64,000 nucleotides of DNA from an uncultured Planctomycetota bacterium (GTDB taxonomy: Bacteria; Planctomycetota; Phycisphaerae; Tepidisphaerales; Tepidisphaeraceae). The stretch is taken from NCBI GenBank assembly GCA_963841915.1, contig CAWJEN010000005.1:608001-672000 (forward strand), given 5' to 3'. Both the position numbers and the translations under genes were made by a program. The notes below the pieces were generated by a model, which was not told the DNA's origin, searched no databases, and was given only the letters and a program-made list of their open reading frames with translations. The first letter of the stretch is position 1. Each line of letters begins with the position of its first letter. Below, piece after piece: positions 60,788-64,000 of this stretch.

Positions 60788-61399
60788 TCAGCGACGAATC
60801 CGCTTGAGGCCGATCATGCCAAGGCCGAGGATCGACGCAGCGGCCGCCGGCTCGGGGACGACGGTCGGCGTGACAAGCACCTGCGACGCGACACCGCCGC
60901 CTTGGCCCATGCTCGTGAAGAACTGGAAGCCGAGGTTGCGGACGACGCTCTGGTCGAAGGTGTCGGGGTCGGCATCGTCGAGCAGGATCGTCATCGTGCC
61001 GGTCTCACCGACGTTGTCGAGCGTGACGCCGGCGCTCTGCAGGAACGGGTCGAAGTTGCCGTCCTGCGTGAACGCACGGACGAAGAGCGGCCCACCGCTG
61101 ATCAGCTCGACGTCGACCTCGATCGTGTCGAAGCCGCTCAGATCGAGTTCTGCCGGGCCGAAGTTGTTGCGGATGGCGATCTTCGGATCACCGGTGGTGC
61201 CGAGCGTGACGTCGTAGATGACGCCGTCACCGCTGACGGCCGCGCCGCCGAAGGTGCCGGTTCCGCCGAAGCCGGCAGTGACATCGTCCATCTCGAGCAG
61301 CTGGGTCTGGGTCGGCGTGTAGACGTCGGCGCTGACGACGGCCGGTGCGACCAAGGCAGCAGCGGCGACGAGTGAGGCGGTGGCAAGGGTGATTTTCAT
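60788..61399 (-). CDS. PEP-CTERM secreted surface protein
   Basis: GGAGG RBS, signal peptide, C-terminal VPEP + TM + KRIRR. Confidence 0.85.
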   Translation of the reverse strand: MKITLATASLVAAAALVAPAVVSADVYTPTQTQLLEMDDVTAGFGGTGTFGGAAVSGDGVIYDVTLGTTGDPKIAIRNNFGPAELDLSGFDTIEVDVELISGGPLFVRAFTQDGNFDPFLQSAGVTLDNVGETGTMTILLDDADPDTFDQSVVRNLGFQFFTSMGQGGGVASQVLVTPTVVPEPAAAASILGLGMIGLKRIRR

Positions 61400-61456
61400 G
61401 GTTTCCTCCGTAAGTGGTAAAGGTGGTGACGGTCGAACCGTCGGTGCATCGAAGCC

Positions 61457-61472
61457 GCCACAATCGATTTCC
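61457..61472. promoter_or_regulatory. Candidate LacI-family operator
   Basis: GCCACAATCGATTTCC; CG-centred pseudo-palindrome, shared with 62608-62622. Confidence 0.55.
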
Positions 61473-61518
61473 ACAACAGGCGGAAAATCGCCCGCCTCCA
61501 TGGCGGGGTGACAACAAA

Positions 61519-62565
61519 TCAGGTTGCCCGTCGCGGAGGCACAACCGTCCCCTGAGCGACAAGGTGAAAGTCCAGAGACACCGTCCGCAGCTGGCGGTCC
61601 GGGGCCTTGACCCGCTCGCGCATCATCGAGACGGCGTAGCGGCCCATTTCGTAATCGGGTTCGACGTACATGTCGACGATCACGCCCGCATCGTTGTACA
61701 GCTCGGGGGCGAAGGTCGTGATCGACAGGTCGGCAGGGCACGTCAGCCCTTCCAGCGACAACGCCTGCAGCAACGGCGGGACGAAGTGCGAGAAGTAGCA
61801 CAACGCAGCAGTCGGCCGGGGTGTGCGGCGGAGCATCGAGCGGAAGAAGGCGACCTTCTCGTCGAGCGGGCACAACGCCGTCTTGGGCCGCCACGTCACC
61901 GGGGCCAGATTCGCCGCATACATCGCAGCCGCGTAGCCGGCCTCGCGGTCACCGGCGCTGAAGTGCGCGTCAGGCAATTCGTCCTGGCCCGCACAGAAGT
62001 CGATGTAGACGATGTCCCGGTGGCCTGCGTCGATCATCCGGTTCGTTGCGGCCCGGGCTGCCCGTAAACTGTCCGTTTTGACGCTGTCGTGCCCAACGTC
62101 GGCGTTGAGCCAGACGAACGGCAGCTTGCTGATGGCCAACACGTCCTCGAGGTGTGGCGGCAGCTGGTGCGTGTAGTTGACGATCAACCCGTCCGACATG
62201 AACTCCCGCAGAATCTTGGGCACGTACTTCTCGCTGGACAGCTTCTGATCGGGCACCTTGGCGATCGTCAGGTGCATGTCGTGCTCTGCCAACTCGTCAT
62301 GGATGCCGTCGAGCATCCGCGTCGACAGGTAGCTACGACCGGCCTGCGTACTCATGAGCAGCGATGCGGCGTTGAAGCAGCCCGCCCGTATGGCCCGGGC
62401 CGAGGCATTGGGCGAATAATTAAGTCGTTGCGCTGCCGCCACGATGCGATCAGTGAGGGCAGCACTAATGCCGATCTCACCGCTCTTGTTACGCAGCGCA
62501 CGGCTGACCGTGCTGCGGTCGACACCCACCTGCTCCGCGACATGATCTAGCGTGACTCTGGACAA
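61519..62565 (-). CDS. LacI family transcriptional regulator
   Basis: TLDHVAEQVGVDRSTVSRAL, L.Y.PN.SAR, GHR.I, PTA, P.DLSI. Confidence 0.92.
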   Translation of the reverse strand: MSRVTLDHVAEQVGVDRSTVSRALRNKSGEIGISAALTDRIVAAAQRLNYSPNASARAIRAGCFNAASLLMSTQAGRSYLSTRMLDGIHDELAEHDMHLTIAKVPDQKLSSEKYVPKILREFMSDGLIVNYTHQLPPHLEDVLAISKLPFVWLNADVGHDSVKTDSLRAARAATNRMIDAGHRDIVYIDFCAGQDELPDAHFSAGDREAGYAAAMYAANLAPVTWRPKTALCPLDEKVAFFRSMLRRTPRPTAALCYFSHFVPPLLQALSLEGLTCPADLSITTFAPELYNDAGVIVDMYVEPDYEMGRYAVSMMRERVKAPDRQLRTVSLDFHLVAQGTVVPPRRAT

Positions 62566-62607
62566 GTTAGGCTCCGGTTCTCGATCGGTTGAATCGCCTG
62601 TCGACTG

Positions 62608-62622
62608 GCCACAACCGATTGC
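62608..62622. promoter_or_regulatory. Candidate LacI-family operator
   Basis: GCCACAACCGATTGC in the divergent lacI/GH2 intergenic region. Confidence 0.55.
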
Positions 62623-62682
62623 GACTGTACAGTGTGGACGGCAGACGTCAACTCCGTCCTCACAATTCTTCGCCGTAGCTCA

Positions 62683-64000
62683 ATGCCGATGCACCCCCAG
62701 CCCGACCTAGCCCAACCCCGAATTGCCTCCCTCAGCGGTGATACGTGGACTTTGATGCTGGGCCATGTCCACGACCGCTCGCGTGGGGCGATCCATGACA
62801 AGAGCGACGTGCCGGCCGATCTGCCAGGCCACAAGGTCGCTGCCACTGTGCCGGGTTGTGTCCACACCGACCTGCTCGCCGCGGGATGGATCCCGGACCC
62901 GTACCTCGACCAGAATGAGCTTCACCTCTTGTGGATCGGCCGTTGCGACTGGAGCTACACCCGCAGCTTCGAACTGTCGGCCGCCGATCTCGCCCGGGAG
63001 CACCTGGAACTCTGCTTCGACGGCCTCGACACGGTGGCCGTCGTCAGCGTCAACGGCGTCGAGCTGGGCCGCACGGCCAACATGCACCGCCGCTACCGGT
63101 TTGACCTCAAGGACGCGTGCGTCGGAGGGTCCAACACGCTCGAGGTCGCCTTTGCCGCCCCGTTGCCCGCCGCCTGGGACGAGCAGGATCGGCTCGGCGA
63201 ACTGCCCCGCGCCGGTGGCGGCAGCAACCCTTCGCACCCGCACAACATGCTCCGCAAGATGGCCTGCAACATGGGCTGGGACTGGGGTCCGGTTCTGCCG
63301 ACCTGTGGCATCTGGCGTGACATTCGCGTCGAGGCGTGGAACGTCGGCCGACTCGGTGACGTGCGACCGATCGTGCGGTCGGCAACCGAAGCACTGGCCG
63401 TCGTCGATATAGAAGCCGACGTGCAAGGCCGCGGTGACGTGCGGGCGACGCTGACCGCACCCGACGGCTCATCCTTCGAGGGCACGCATCTGGAGATTGA
63501 GAATCCGAAACGCTGGTTCCCGGTCGGTCACGGCCAGCAACCGCTCTACACGCTGCGTGTGGAACTCCACGACGGCAACACGCTGCTCGACGTCCGCGAG
63601 CAGCGCGTCGGCCTACGCGAGGTGACGCTCGACACGACGGCCGACGTCGACCGCAACGGGAGCGACTGGCCCGTCGACGGCCTCGGCAGCGGCAATGCGA
63701 TGCAGCTCGTCGTCAACGGCCGCCCCGTCTACTGCAAGGGCGCCAACTGGATTCCCGACGACGCCTTCCCGCACCGCGTCACCCCCGACCGGTACGCAAA
63801 ACGGATCGACCAGGCGGTCGAGGCGAACATGAACATGCTCCGCGTCTGGGGCGGCGGGCTCTATGAATCAAACGATTTTTACGAGCTTTGCGACGAAAAG
63901 GGCGTGATGGTCTGGCAAGACTTCCTCTTTGCCTGTGCCGCGTATCACGAGGACGAGTCGACCCATCGCCAGGTCGAGGCCGAGTCCCGCGATAACGTCT
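62683..64000 (+). CDS. GH2 beta-mannosidase, truncated at window edge
   Basis: Not in the ORF track. Manual translation: ATVPGCVHTDL, FDGLDT, RK.....GWDWGP, KGANWIP, NMLRVWGGG.YE, CDE.G.MVWQDF.FAC. Confidence 0.9.
   Translation, partial: MPMHPQPDLAQPRIASLSGDTWTLMLGHVHDRSRGAIHDKSDVPADLPGHKVAATVPGCVHTDLLAAGWIPDPYLDQNELHLLWIGRCDWSYTRSFELSAADLAREHLELCFDGLDTVAVVSVNGVELGRTANMHRRYRFDLKDACVGGSNTLEVAFAAPLPAAWDEQDRLGELPRAGGGSNPSHPHNMLRKMACNMGWDWGPVLPTCGIWRDIRVEAWNVGRLGDVRPIVRSATEALAVVDIEADVQGRGDVRATLTAPDGSSFEGTHLEIENPKRWFPVGHGQQPLYTLRVELHDGNTLLDVREQRVGLREVTLDTTADVDRNGSDWPVDGLGSGNAMQLVVNGRPVYCKGANWIPDDAFPHRVTPDRYAKRIDQAVEANMNMLRVWGGGLYESNDFYELCDEKGVMVWQDFLFACAAYHEDESTHRQVEAESRDNV

Overview
High-GC bacterial chromosome segment. 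PEP-CTERM genes, a prepilin/H-X9-DG (DUF1559-type) gene, a TPR-RNAP-alpha-CTD protein and a GxxExxY gene point to Planctomycetota, probably Phycisphaerae (inference). Core genes include a class II ribonucleotide reductase with a 350-aa LAGLIDADG intein, dcd, dapF, lysC, comEA and a VWA-MoxR pair. Two perfect parS sites suggest an origin-proximal position. There are three sugar clusters: Gfo/Idh/MocA-isomerase, PfkB-lyxose isomerase-SDR-mannonate dehydratase-sulfatase, and a LacI-linked probable beta-mannan locus. The two most unusual structures are (1) a 568-bp unit in which a GxxExxY PD-(D/E)XK gene sits between ~43-bp inverted repeats built from GCGAAG subrepeats, between the VWA and MoxR genes, and (2) eight copies of a hairpin repeat (AAAGGGGTCGCGAGCCTTTT) that bracket two small membrane genes and adjoin a lower-GC AAA+ ATPase, in a cassette-like layout. 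At least six single-base frameshifts, including in lysC and dcd, suggest long-read indel errors rather than true pseudogenes. All calls come from reading motifs by eye; no searches were run.
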